Assembly: GCA_965662895.1 (NCBI GenBank)
Contig: CBFIJH010000007.1
Coordinates: 1 to 64,000, forward strand
DNA from: Candidatus Poseidoniaceae archaeon
GTDB lineage: Archaea; Thermoplasmatota; Poseidoniia; Poseidoniales; Poseidoniaceae
DNA: 64,000 bases
Reading direction: 5' to 3'
Shown piece by piece: positions 50,501-58,202 of this stretch. The notes beneath the pieces are model-generated. The model ran no database searches. It saw only the letters and a list, made by a program, of their open reading frames with translations, and was not told where the DNA came from. A program made the translations under genes and the position numbers. The number at the start of each line of letters is the position of its first letter. Position 1 is the stretch's first letter.

Positions 50501-50684
50501 TGGTTGCGCTCGTCCCTTCACAAATCCAACCAACAATCCTTCCAGCACGAACCAATCGGTGTCCGAAGGGGGTTTTTCGTCGGCCAACCCATGTTGTGAT
50601 GTACCCATGTTCAAAAGGCTGGAGTCCTCCAGATGCAACATCCACTTCATCGTCGAATCGCTCAATATGTGGTAAATCAAACAT
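47553..50684 (-). CDS. Large protein: DUF2226-like, roadblock/LC7-like and DUF4388-like domains, long coiled coil, acidic tail
   Basis: Roadblock-like LQALSDYEHVRGGLAADQGIVIDS..AEDLAA..LG..LLIA..VLAIW..N; heptad-rich E/R/Q/L/A stretch ~aa 410-700; domain names are by-eye calls. Confidence 0.7.
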   Translation of the reverse strand: MFDLPHIERFDDEVDVASGGLQPFEHGYITTWVGRRKTPFGHRLVRAGRIVGWICEGTSATKLLGGADAREALEEAEKNQHRLVASTCSMHGLAELAKLLPEAFEFQADAQGLGSGGALTDRLFARNLSAVLQALSDYEHVRGGLAADQGIVIDSMGELPGSAEDLAATVASLSDAMNAQHETLGGDGQGYASLNMGDASLLIASSSTIVLAIWTELDANHARLLSDVAAKLDGEIGTYAEGEASLPDGFILREGKGGSDAVMSMLSAALEDRVTGHLKAGVSDKAVSLALNNGLPVALAANGQSFEEAMLGLTESKRVLKLHRLASGTMISASTGDVSEFTLKQFVEQLSTVRTRSEKRRTSMMHRLMSMYGFEIGLDDVRAVRAKLRIHVGGQETSQPLPNSAPLAAVDSGLRRRLEESERRADSLMRANASLTTQLQDAEKERTEAMVRLEEVKQSSGDQTVAIQSKNDELNRVQVTVSESRTRMEQAEARADRLLRRVSELEHQLSERATELAKALGDTQSSAALRDELEALSNQEATTRADLESNAQQLSSIREQIELEERRLRTLEEQVATLRERQASAQSKSNASEEKIRTAQARLDQIEAETLSSRQRAEEERQRLAEDEARRMQLHAELRELMGERKELLTELGNLGARRGNAETELSGLIARAEALTEAHEEAVSDIAEAERLRARLSEEPLAQALLNDDATFRGLGPVLERLEHARTLGYSVVLLDRAVERALQVVQSTVDHIAATPRHLLSSEVMTLLERQVPQTAGAVRGLARWSVQQRLENQLGETVGHLILDLEGILEDYDRSITMLRRMRNVLDQLGDLGAPPEEIEALRMNCMRPEALPSVAVETRRLIRVALDDIYLEADQRDAGEAIALEQTAQVLEELLTQIDASGLTRGIPRGAMWDFQRDGFLPFERTSIPVGQRTPVMDDMMETIQPTLVVEESVSLDSEPTVSELSEEWEAMPAPSDSEPLETEGEQVEATPMQEDRADLEAELARLDAERQLRVPDAEEAKPDPRLEALHDQLSELDF

Positions 50685-51025
50685 TATATCTCCTCATTTT
50701 GTTTTGAATTCCAATCGTTACGCAGCCGTTCAAGTTCGTAACGCCAGGTGCCCATTTTCCCATCTTTGCCAGAGAGGTGGACGAAAACATCGTAGTCAAA
50801 CCGATCAAAAAGGGTCAATCGTCGCCCTTCACTCCAAACTTCAAACAGCGTGCCGAGTTTGAGTTCTTCTGCAACTGCACAACATTCTGCCCATTCGCGT
50901 CGTTGTTCCCCAGCAGTCTCGGGCCATTTCTTCGTGGTCTGAACAACACCGCCAAACTGATCCATCACGCGGACGTGATTCACACCATTGAGTTCGCAAA
51001 GTTGAGAAAACAACGTCTCCAACAT
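50684..51025 (-). CDS. Roadblock/LC7 (MglB-like) protein, divergent
   Basis: LCELNGVNHVRVMDQFGGVV, AEELKLGTL..EG, GTWRYELER; TAATG overlap with next gene; GAGGT SD. Confidence 0.65.
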   Translation of the reverse strand: MLETLFSQLCELNGVNHVRVMDQFGGVVQTTKKWPETAGEQRREWAECCAVAEELKLGTLFEVWSEGRRLTLFDRFDYDVFVHLSGKDGKMGTWRYELERLRNDWNSKQNEEI

Positions 51026-51111
51026 CTTAGCCCAAACCTCTTCACAGCAACGTACCATTCAAGAACTTTGCCGAAACTCTTCCCCCGTAGGGGGATTTGG
51101 TGATGAAAATC

Positions 51112-51281
51112 AAATTTCCAACTGCAAAATTTCAATCATTGCTGCGCGGAGGCGTTAGCACCGTAGATTTTCCGCGCATTACTGGCATCGAGAAAGCCCT
51201 TACGTAAATAAAAAATCCAATTAAAAAATTTAAAATCTAATTGCAATTTTGAAATACAATCAAAACCCAATCGGAGGCGTT
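51112..51281. repeat. Diverged duplicated AT-rich element, each copy followed by CGGAGGCGTT
   Basis: aaatttccaactgcaaaatttcaatcattgc (51112-51142), aaaatccaattaaaaaatttaaaatctaattgc (51212-51244); cggaggcgtt at 51147 and 51272. Confidence 0.6.
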
Positions 51282-51307
51282 TAATGGAGGTGTTGTAACC
51301 CTCGACC

Positions 51308-52303
51308 ATGGCCGAGCCTATCCAGAGTCCCTTCCAAGCACCTGCTTGCGATGTGTGCGGCAAGGATGCTGTCGTCGAACAGGCCTATTCTGGGCGTATT
51401 TTATGCGGGCATCACCTCGAAAAGTCCATTCGAAAGAAAGTTGGCAAAGAATTGCGTAAGCAACTTGTTCTGGACAAATCGCAACCGACGACGGTTTTTG
51501 TTGCGATTTCTGGTGGGAAAGATTCAGCAGTTCTTCTGACGCTTCTCGTTGATCTCATCGGGATGCGTCGAGATGTCCGTATTGTTGCTGGTTGCGTTGA
51601 TGAAGGAATCGATGGCTATCGCCCACCATCTCTCCAGTGTGCCATCGATCTTTGTGAAACTCTAGATGTTGAATTCATTTCCACCAGTTACGAAGATCTC
51701 GATTTTCACCAGATGGACGAAGTAGTCAAGCGATTACCAATGATTTCAGAGAAGAAAGATGGCGCATCGACGATGCCTTGCTCGTATTGTGGAGTTTTCC
51801 GTCGGCAAGGTATCAATGCGCTTGCTCAACAAGTCGGCGCTGATGTGGTTGCGCTCGGTCACAATTTGGATGATATGGCCCAAACAGTTCTCATGAATAT
51901 GACAAATGGAGATATTGAGCGAACGTTACGTCTAGCGCCACACACCGATGCTCCAGTCAACGGGCTGCCACCAAGGATTGTTCCTTTACGTTGGATTCCC
52001 GAGCAAGAGATTCACCTGCTTGCGATGCACAAACAACTCCCGCTTCATCATGAAGAGTGTCCTTACGCACAAGGAGCCCTACGATGGCGATACCGGGACA
52101 TTGTCGCACAACTTGAGCAGGATGTACCTGGGACGCGCCACAGTTTGGTCCGGATGTCGGACAACATCAAGACCGTTGCCCGTCAAGAGGTTCCACCCGT
52201 CCAAACGCATCCAACGAAATGCGAACGGTGTGGTTCACCAACATCAGGATCAACGTGCAAAGCTTGCGACATGCGAGATCTTCTCGATGTCGCCTCAGAG
52301 TAG
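51308..52303 (+). CDS. ncsA: tRNA 2-thiolation protein, TIGR00269/NcsA (TtuA/Ctu1) family
   Basis: CDVC..C.HH, SGGKDS PP-loop, CSYCGVFRR, GHNLDD, ECPY, CERC..CKAC. Confidence 0.9.
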   Translation: MAEPIQSPFQAPACDVCGKDAVVEQAYSGRILCGHHLEKSIRKKVGKELRKQLVLDKSQPTTVFVAISGGKDSAVLLTLLVDLIGMRRDVRIVAGCVDEGIDGYRPPSLQCAIDLCETLDVEFISTSYEDLDFHQMDEVVKRLPMISEKKDGASTMPCSYCGVFRRQGINALAQQVGADVVALGHNLDDMAQTVLMNMTNGDIERTLRLAPHTDAPVNGLPPRIVPLRWIPEQEIHLLAMHKQLPLHHEECPYAQGALRWRYRDIVAQLEQDVPGTRHSLVRMSDNIKTVARQEVPPVQTHPTKCERCGSPTSGSTCKACDMRDLLDVASE

Positions 52304-52771
52304 ATTGTGTATCAATTCGTCCAAATCTTGCGGACGTTGGCAATAATGGCATCGTAGGGTGAGAGGATCTGTTTTGGTAACTTTTAGGCGATGCGGCAAA
52401 GGTTCCCTGGAATTTTGTGTTATGCAGTTGGAGAATGTGCATCGAACAACGTTGCGAACCTCTTCACCCAAGTTCACCGTCAATTTCTCAGCTACGGTGT
52501 ATGCTCGAATAATGGCGATACTGGACTCTGGGGAGACCAATGCTAAGCGATCAAGTTCAGATTGGGTCAATTCCCGATCTTCGACCTTGATGATGTCCTT
52601 CGCTCCCATCTTTTTCGATGGGACGTTCATAACCAAAGAAACGGGGACCGATGTATCGCTTGTCAGATTCAGCAGTTCAAGCACTTTGAGAGCTTGCCCT
52701 GAAGGGATGTGGTCAATGACGGTTCCATTCTTGATTGCAGTTACTCGGCGCATGTTGTGTTCTTCCACCAT
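52295..52771 (-). CDS. pyrI: Aspartate carbamoyltransferase regulatory subunit
   Basis: IKNGTVIDHIP, KDIIKVE, CTFSNC..CHYC zinc site. Confidence 0.96.
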   Translation of the reverse strand: MVEEHNMRRVTAIKNGTVIDHIPSGQALKVLELLNLTSDTSVPVSLVMNVPSKKMGAKDIIKVEDRELTQSELDRLALVSPESSIAIIRAYTVAEKLTVNLGEEVRNVVRCTFSNCITQNSREPLPHRLKVTKTDPLTLRCHYCQRPQDLDELIHNLL

Positions 52772-53715
52772 CAGGCTTCACCTCCAGCGATTTCTGCAGG
52801 AACTTCGATATTGAGCAGTCTGCAGAGCAAAGCCATTCGGGCGACGACACCGTTGAATGCTTGCTCAAAATATCGTGCATGGCGGGTCTTGTCGACACTT
52901 GGATGAATCTCATCCACACGTGGTAGTGGATGGAGGATGACCATCCCAGACTTTGCGTTATCAAGGTCTCGTGCATGGAGTTTGTAAGCCCCAGCAACTT
53001 TAGCGTATTCATCCTCATCAGCAAATCGTTCCTTTTGAATACGCGTCATGTAGACGACATCGGCTTGGTTAATGTTGCCAAGAAGATCCTCCGTTTCTGT
53101 TACATCAGCGCCATGTTCTCGCAAATCTTCAACGATTTCAACAGGCATGCGAAGCAGATCAGGGGATGCGAAAATCAGCCGACAGCCAAATCGAACCAAT
53201 GCATGGGAAAGGCTGTGAACGGTCCGACCATAACGTAGATCGCCGGCGAGAATAACGGTTAGACCTTCGAGCGTACCATGCGATTGTTGAATCGTAAACA
53301 AATCAAGCATGGTTTGGGTTGGATGATGTCCGGCACCGTCTCCACCATTGAGAATAGGAACGCTTGCAGCATCTTGGGCATAGCGTGCAGCACCTTGTCG
53401 GGGATGACGCATTGCGATGATATCGGTGTACCCGTCAACCATCTGAATGGTATCGAACAATGTCTCTCCCTTGACGACAGAGGAGGTCTTCACATCACCA
53501 AGATTGACGACATCTCCGCCCAAGCGCTTCATTGCAGTTTCGAAGGACATTCGTGTCCGAGTGCTGGGTTCAAAGAAGAGGTTGCCAAGAATTTTCCCTT
53601 GCAAGAGCGGAAGATAGGTTTCGCCTCGAGCAACCGGTAGCAAGCGTTCAGCATCGGCAAGAATGCTGTGTATGTCTTCATTCGTTAAGTCGTCCATCGT
53701 GATGAGTCCTTTCAT
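52771..53715 (-). CDS. pyrB: Aspartate carbamoyltransferase catalytic subunit
   Basis: FFEPSTRT, HPTQ, GDLRYGRTVHS, TRIQKER, HPLPR; start moved to 53715. Confidence 0.97.
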   Translation of the reverse strand: MKGLITMDDLTNEDIHSILADAERLLPVARGETYLPLLQGKILGNLFFEPSTRTRMSFETAMKRLGGDVVNLGDVKTSSVVKGETLFDTIQMVDGYTDIIAMRHPRQGAARYAQDAASVPILNGGDGAGHHPTQTMLDLFTIQQSHGTLEGLTVILAGDLRYGRTVHSLSHALVRFGCRLIFASPDLLRMPVEIVEDLREHGADVTETEDLLGNINQADVVYMTRIQKERFADEDEYAKVAGAYKLHARDLDNAKSGMVILHPLPRVDEIHPSVDKTRHARYFEQAFNGVVARMALLCRLLNIEVPAEIAGGEA

Positions 53716-53823
53716 TGAATGTCCCCTTCTATGCCAACCATCCAAGCACACCCTTGAACATTGTTGCCAGCCACTATGCAAAGAGTCGGTGGTTTCATCA
53801 TCCAAGCCCTTTCTGGTTGATTC

Positions 53824-55587
53824 ATGCTCTGGGGCGATGTCGATGAGGCGATACAAGCCGAGCGTTTGGTTCGAATTCAGAGAATCGAGCGATTGAGTAC
53901 CATTTGCGCCTTATTTTGTCTCAGTGGAGCGGTTTGGCTGGCTTGGCCAGTACTCAAGGATGCATTTGTTGGTGATGCGAGCCTCCTTACTGGGCTTGGA
54001 ATGCCAGTCCTTGTTCTACTTTGGGGCATTGTCATACAGGACCTCATTCTCGATGATCCTCGAGCTCGCACACGAATCGGAGCGGCTTCAAGCATCATCT
54101 GGCCAGTATTTCTTGTGTTTGCCTTGCGGTCCTATTCAACAAATCCGACCGATCTTCTCGCAATGGTTCTCTTCGCAGCATTGGGTTTTGCAACGTACCA
54201 ATCGTCAGCAAACACGCTCCGCGGTGGAATCGATGTTATGCGGTTCCGAGCGATGATGACGGGTCTTGGTGCACTAACAGTGCTTGGTGTGCTTGTAGGC
54301 GACCGAGCAGGTCGAACGTGGATTGTTGAGCCTGAAGATTGGGCTCACCCTATCTTGTGCCTTGTGATACTTCTTCACGTGGGATATCTTTGGATTGCGG
54401 GCGATGATATGCGAGAAGAACGGAAAGCCTTCCGCCAAGAACTCGATATCATTGAGAATCGATTGCTCGTTTTGCGATCTGAAGGAGCCGCTGTTGATCA
54501 GGCCAGTAGCCTTGTCATGACGGCAAAGGAGGAAGGCCACATCGACCCGTCATTCGGTATGCGTCTCCTTCGTGAGGCAACCGAAGACATAGAGCGTTCG
54601 TTATCCCTTGCTACGGACGTCGATGTTGTGCGAGGTGAAGCCCTTCTCGTCATTCAGCACGCTGAAGAATTGGCACCTCTCGCCAAGCGTCCACGTAAGT
54701 CTTACGAAATGGGAGAACGAGAAGCTTCTCTAGGTTCTCTGCGGGAAGCGGAAGGACTCTTTCGTCAAGCGAAGCGAAGAGCGCAAGAAATCGTTACCTG
54801 GTGGGAGCAAGCAGAAGAAGCCATCCAAACAGCGGACGAACTACTCACCGGCAAATCCGGCGCAACCATCGACAATTTGCGTCAAATCATTCGCGACGCA
54901 CGAAAGCAACTTGACCGGGAGGCACCAAAGAAGGCATTCGAACTTGCATGTGTGATCCCGATTCAATTGCAAGCAGATGGTGATGCTCGTGAGCGTGCAG
55001 TTGAAGTTTTGAGCGATGCAGCAAAAGCACTCAAAGCAACAGATGGATTCGACACCAATGAACTTGAAAAGCGCCTTGAGCAGGCAGAATCAGCGCTCGA
55101 AGCGGGTGATACAGGTCAATCGATTGGCCTTGCAGAGGGGGTTCTTCGCGTGATTCAAATTGAACGCGAATCCATGGAGACGGTCCGTCGCGCACTCCGC
55201 CAACGCAAGAAGATCACAGAGCGATTTGAACATTTTACTGATGCCGAAGAATGGATGGCTCGATTTAAACAGGTTCAGAACGCAGCGGATGAGCGGGAAT
55301 GGAGTCATGCGGCAACGTTGCTTGAACGTTTAACCATCGACCTCGATGCACTCGGTAGCGAACAAGACGAAGCACAGGCATTGCTTGATTTCGTTCGCCA
55401 AGAATGGGCAGTCTTGCGAAACCAATGCAATGCTTCGAGCATACCGGTTTCGGATGAGGATATGAGACAAACTGAGGCGGCAGTTTCCCTCGCAGAAGAA
55501 TATCTCACGAAAGGCCAGGTTGAAGCATCCCTCAAGCAACTTGGTCAAGCCGATGCTTCGATGGAACGACTTCGAAGGCGAGTTTAA
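53824..55587 (+). CDS. Membrane protein (about 6 TM) with long all-helical C-terminal region
   Basis: Hydrophobic N-terminal ~195 aa, then ~390 aa of A/E/R/L helical repeats. Confidence 0.8.
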   Translation: MLWGDVDEAIQAERLVRIQRIERLSTICALFCLSGAVWLAWPVLKDAFVGDASLLTGLGMPVLVLLWGIVIQDLILDDPRARTRIGAASSIIWPVFLVFALRSYSTNPTDLLAMVLFAALGFATYQSSANTLRGGIDVMRFRAMMTGLGALTVLGVLVGDRAGRTWIVEPEDWAHPILCLVILLHVGYLWIAGDDMREERKAFRQELDIIENRLLVLRSEGAAVDQASSLVMTAKEEGHIDPSFGMRLLREATEDIERSLSLATDVDVVRGEALLVIQHAEELAPLAKRPRKSYEMGEREASLGSLREAEGLFRQAKRRAQEIVTWWEQAEEAIQTADELLTGKSGATIDNLRQIIRDARKQLDREAPKKAFELACVIPIQLQADGDARERAVEVLSDAAKALKATDGFDTNELEKRLEQAESALEAGDTGQSIGLAEGVLRVIQIERESMETVRRALRQRKKITERFEHFTDAEEWMARFKQVQNAADEREWSHAATLLERLTIDLDALGSEQDEAQALLDFVRQEWAVLRNQCNASSIPVSDEDMRQTEAAVSLAEEYLTKGQVEASLKQLGQADASMERLRRRV

Positions 55588-58146
55588 TCAAACCAAACCA
55601 CGTTGAGCAAGGTTGTCGATGTCCAATCCACTCGGTAATCCAAGGTCAACAGGCATACCTGCAATGGTTACAACAATTCCATAGAGGTGAAGATAAAGCC
55701 CATGCGGGGGTTGATTTTCTGCGTCAAATGGAATCTTTTTCCATACTTTTGACTTCATGTAATGATTTGCAACGGATTCCTCCTTTGAGTGAACAATCCA
55801 TACATTTGCTTGACTTGCATGCTTTTTCGCTGCTGTCGAACCGAGCCGAGGTGAAACGTGGACGGTGTGAAGGATCGGCCAATTACGCACCCAATCGCCT
55901 TCAGAATCGATGAGCATCGTCATCTTGGTTGGTTCGGTTGCCATAGAATCGAGCAGTCCGAGTTCATTCAGAATCCGAATCAATGACCGAACATGGGGGT
56001 GGCGAGGTTCCTTTGTTCGTAACTCTCGTCCGATTCGGACTGCAGTGTTCGGTCGATTGGCATCCAAGTGCAACAAGGCAGCAACAACTCGACCTTGCGC
56101 CCACGATGTTGACGGTAACTTTGAATCGTCTTCATGTTGTTTCATGAACGATTCAAGCATGGAAAGTGCCTCCTCACTGCGGCCCTCCAAACGCATGCGT
56201 GCACAATCTCCGAGGAGAATGAGTCGATCTGCGGGTTTGTTGCGATATTTTCGATTGCTTCGTGGATTTCCTTCAGAGGTACGCTTCAACAAATCGATGT
56301 TTCTACGCATTAAGGGATCAACGCCCAAGACCGGTTGCGAGGCATCTGGAACAACACGTTTCGGGTCAAGAACAGCAGCAAACCATTGCAAACGTGCTGC
56401 CTCAATATCGCTCTTGTTAAGGAGTGCAAGGCGAGGCGCTGCTTCGGGTAGGTCGCGTTGACACAAGCTTGCAGCAGCGAGAATCAATCGGGCAACTTGG
56501 GCATCTCTCCCTGCCTGCAAAGCCAACAAGGAGACAGCATTTTCTTCGGCCTCTTCCCAACGATTCATCCCTGCATAAAGTTGCATCTTTGCATTTGTTT
56601 GTCGAAGCAAATCGAGTCCTTGTGTTGAGGCCTCAGAGGGGTTCAAAATCTCATCGTAGAATTCAATCGCTTTTGTCCACCGATCCTTTGCGATAAGTTC
56701 CGTGAAAGGTCGTTGTTTGAGATAAATCATATCCTCCATTTGTGTAAGCATTTGTCGTTGTTCACTGATGCTTGCATCAAACGAGATGTCATCAAGTTTT
56801 GAACCAACTTGCAATGAAGTCAACCAAACGAGAAGGAAACAAACTTGACCACCAGATGCTAACATCCACGTTAGTTCCTCCATCGCATCCTTTTCGACAT
56901 AGGTACACAATGTTCCTTCCCAGTCACCGCAAGCAGCACCCTGGGGAAGGAAACTTGAATCCCAGAAGGTGATCATGGCAAGTGCCAAGAGAAGCATCGA
57001 CTGTCCAGCAAATCCAGTGAAGCAGAAGTTCAGAACTTTTGCTTGCTGACTTCGCTCTGCTCGCAGCAAACGGCTGTCTGCGAGCCGGATACCACCTCGG
57101 CCCGATACATCTTGAACATCAAGGAACAAGATACGAGCAACTTCGTAAACGAAAAGAAAACCAACCAAGGCGACGTTCAGCAACAAGAACAGGAGAATCG
57201 AGGTAACCAACGGTACGCGTAAGCCAGGGTCGGGAATATTGGAGAACAATTCGATGAGAAAGAACCCAAGGATACCACCTTCTTCCATGATGGTTGCTTG
57301 CTCTCGGTATTCAGGCAACGCAATGACTTGGTCAGAGTGCGTAAACAATTCTGGAGATACGATGATTGCAATGAGGGATAACAAGGTGTTGATCGCAACA
57401 ACGGGCATGGCTATGGTGTTGAGATGAACAATTCGAGCAATGACTTGCTGTCGGGCGTTTGGCGAATGATTGTGAAACGGTGATGGATTTCCTTTCGCAA
57501 TTTGAGAAGATGATTGACGCAGTGCCTGCCATGATGTTCCCATGACGCGGCCATATGCAACAATCGATGGGGAGAAGGCAACGAGAAGCGTGATGCTCAA
57601 TCGGTGCGTGAATGCAATATCCCACGTGCCGAGAATTGAATACAAAAATCCAACACCAATGAACCAACATAGAGTCAGTGCGATGTAGGCTGTGTTGCGA
57701 GCACTGCTCGAAACCTGCAGTTTTGCTTTCCCGTGACCAATCGGTTTGATGATTTGCGCACCAAGAGAGGAACCGGATGAAATCACTGCTGGAAGGATGA
57801 TGAGAATCAAAGCAAGTGAGATGTTTGGAGCATGAAACCCATCGCTCCATCCTTGTGCATAGATGATGTATTCAAAGAACAACAACAATGCGCCAGTAAG
57901 TGCAAAAAGATAGGTTGCAACACCAAACCGCATACCTCGACTACGAAGGAGATCACGTGCTTCACTGAAGGAATCTGTGACCGTGTGGACTTCGTATCGT
58001 TTCGGTCCGGTTTCAAACGCGACTTGCAGCCCACGCAATTGACGGGGAACAACGGTTCTCCAGAACAAGAGCGCAATCACGGCTGCAAGAAGAAGGGGAA
58101 CTGTGGCAATTGAGGCAAAGCCCTCAACAATCACTGGTCCACTCAT
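55588..58146 (-). CDS. Multi-pass membrane protein with TPR-like C-terminal region
   Basis: About 9 TM segments in N-terminal half; WTKAIEFY, WEEAEENA, GRSEEALSML TPR-like helices. Confidence 0.78.
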   Translation of the reverse strand: MSGPVIVEGFASIATVPLLLAAVIALLFWRTVVPRQLRGLQVAFETGPKRYEVHTVTDSFSEARDLLRSRGMRFGVATYLFALTGALLLFFEYIIYAQGWSDGFHAPNISLALILIILPAVISSGSSLGAQIIKPIGHGKAKLQVSSSARNTAYIALTLCWFIGVGFLYSILGTWDIAFTHRLSITLLVAFSPSIVAYGRVMGTSWQALRQSSSQIAKGNPSPFHNHSPNARQQVIARIVHLNTIAMPVVAINTLLSLIAIIVSPELFTHSDQVIALPEYREQATIMEEGGILGFFLIELFSNIPDPGLRVPLVTSILLFLLLNVALVGFLFVYEVARILFLDVQDVSGRGGIRLADSRLLRAERSQQAKVLNFCFTGFAGQSMLLLALAMITFWDSSFLPQGAACGDWEGTLCTYVEKDAMEELTWMLASGGQVCFLLVWLTSLQVGSKLDDISFDASISEQRQMLTQMEDMIYLKQRPFTELIAKDRWTKAIEFYDEILNPSEASTQGLDLLRQTNAKMQLYAGMNRWEEAEENAVSLLALQAGRDAQVARLILAAASLCQRDLPEAAPRLALLNKSDIEAARLQWFAAVLDPKRVVPDASQPVLGVDPLMRRNIDLLKRTSEGNPRSNRKYRNKPADRLILLGDCARMRLEGRSEEALSMLESFMKQHEDDSKLPSTSWAQGRVVAALLHLDANRPNTAVRIGRELRTKEPRHPHVRSLIRILNELGLLDSMATEPTKMTMLIDSEGDWVRNWPILHTVHVSPRLGSTAAKKHASQANVWIVHSKEESVANHYMKSKVWKKIPFDAENQPPHGLYLHLYGIVVTIAGMPVDLGLPSGLDIDNLAQRGLV

Positions 58147-58202
58147 GCTTTTCCCACGTCTTGCTTCCTTTTATGCAGTGCGAAACAATGTCACTTTAGG
58201 AT

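Noticed and set aside
47553-50684. SMC/Rad50 call for the long coiled-coil protein
   Set aside because: No Walker A/B, signature motif, hinge or zinc hook
51060-51307. Possible replication origin (AT-rich stretch with repeats)
   Set aside because: No recognisable ORB boxes and no cdc6/orc1 gene in the window; kept only as a regulatory finding
53716-53856. N-terminal extensions of pyrB (also thrS, lhr, cdc48) in the ORF track
   Set aside because: Family-like sequence begins at downstream starts, and several extensions overlap neighbouring genes
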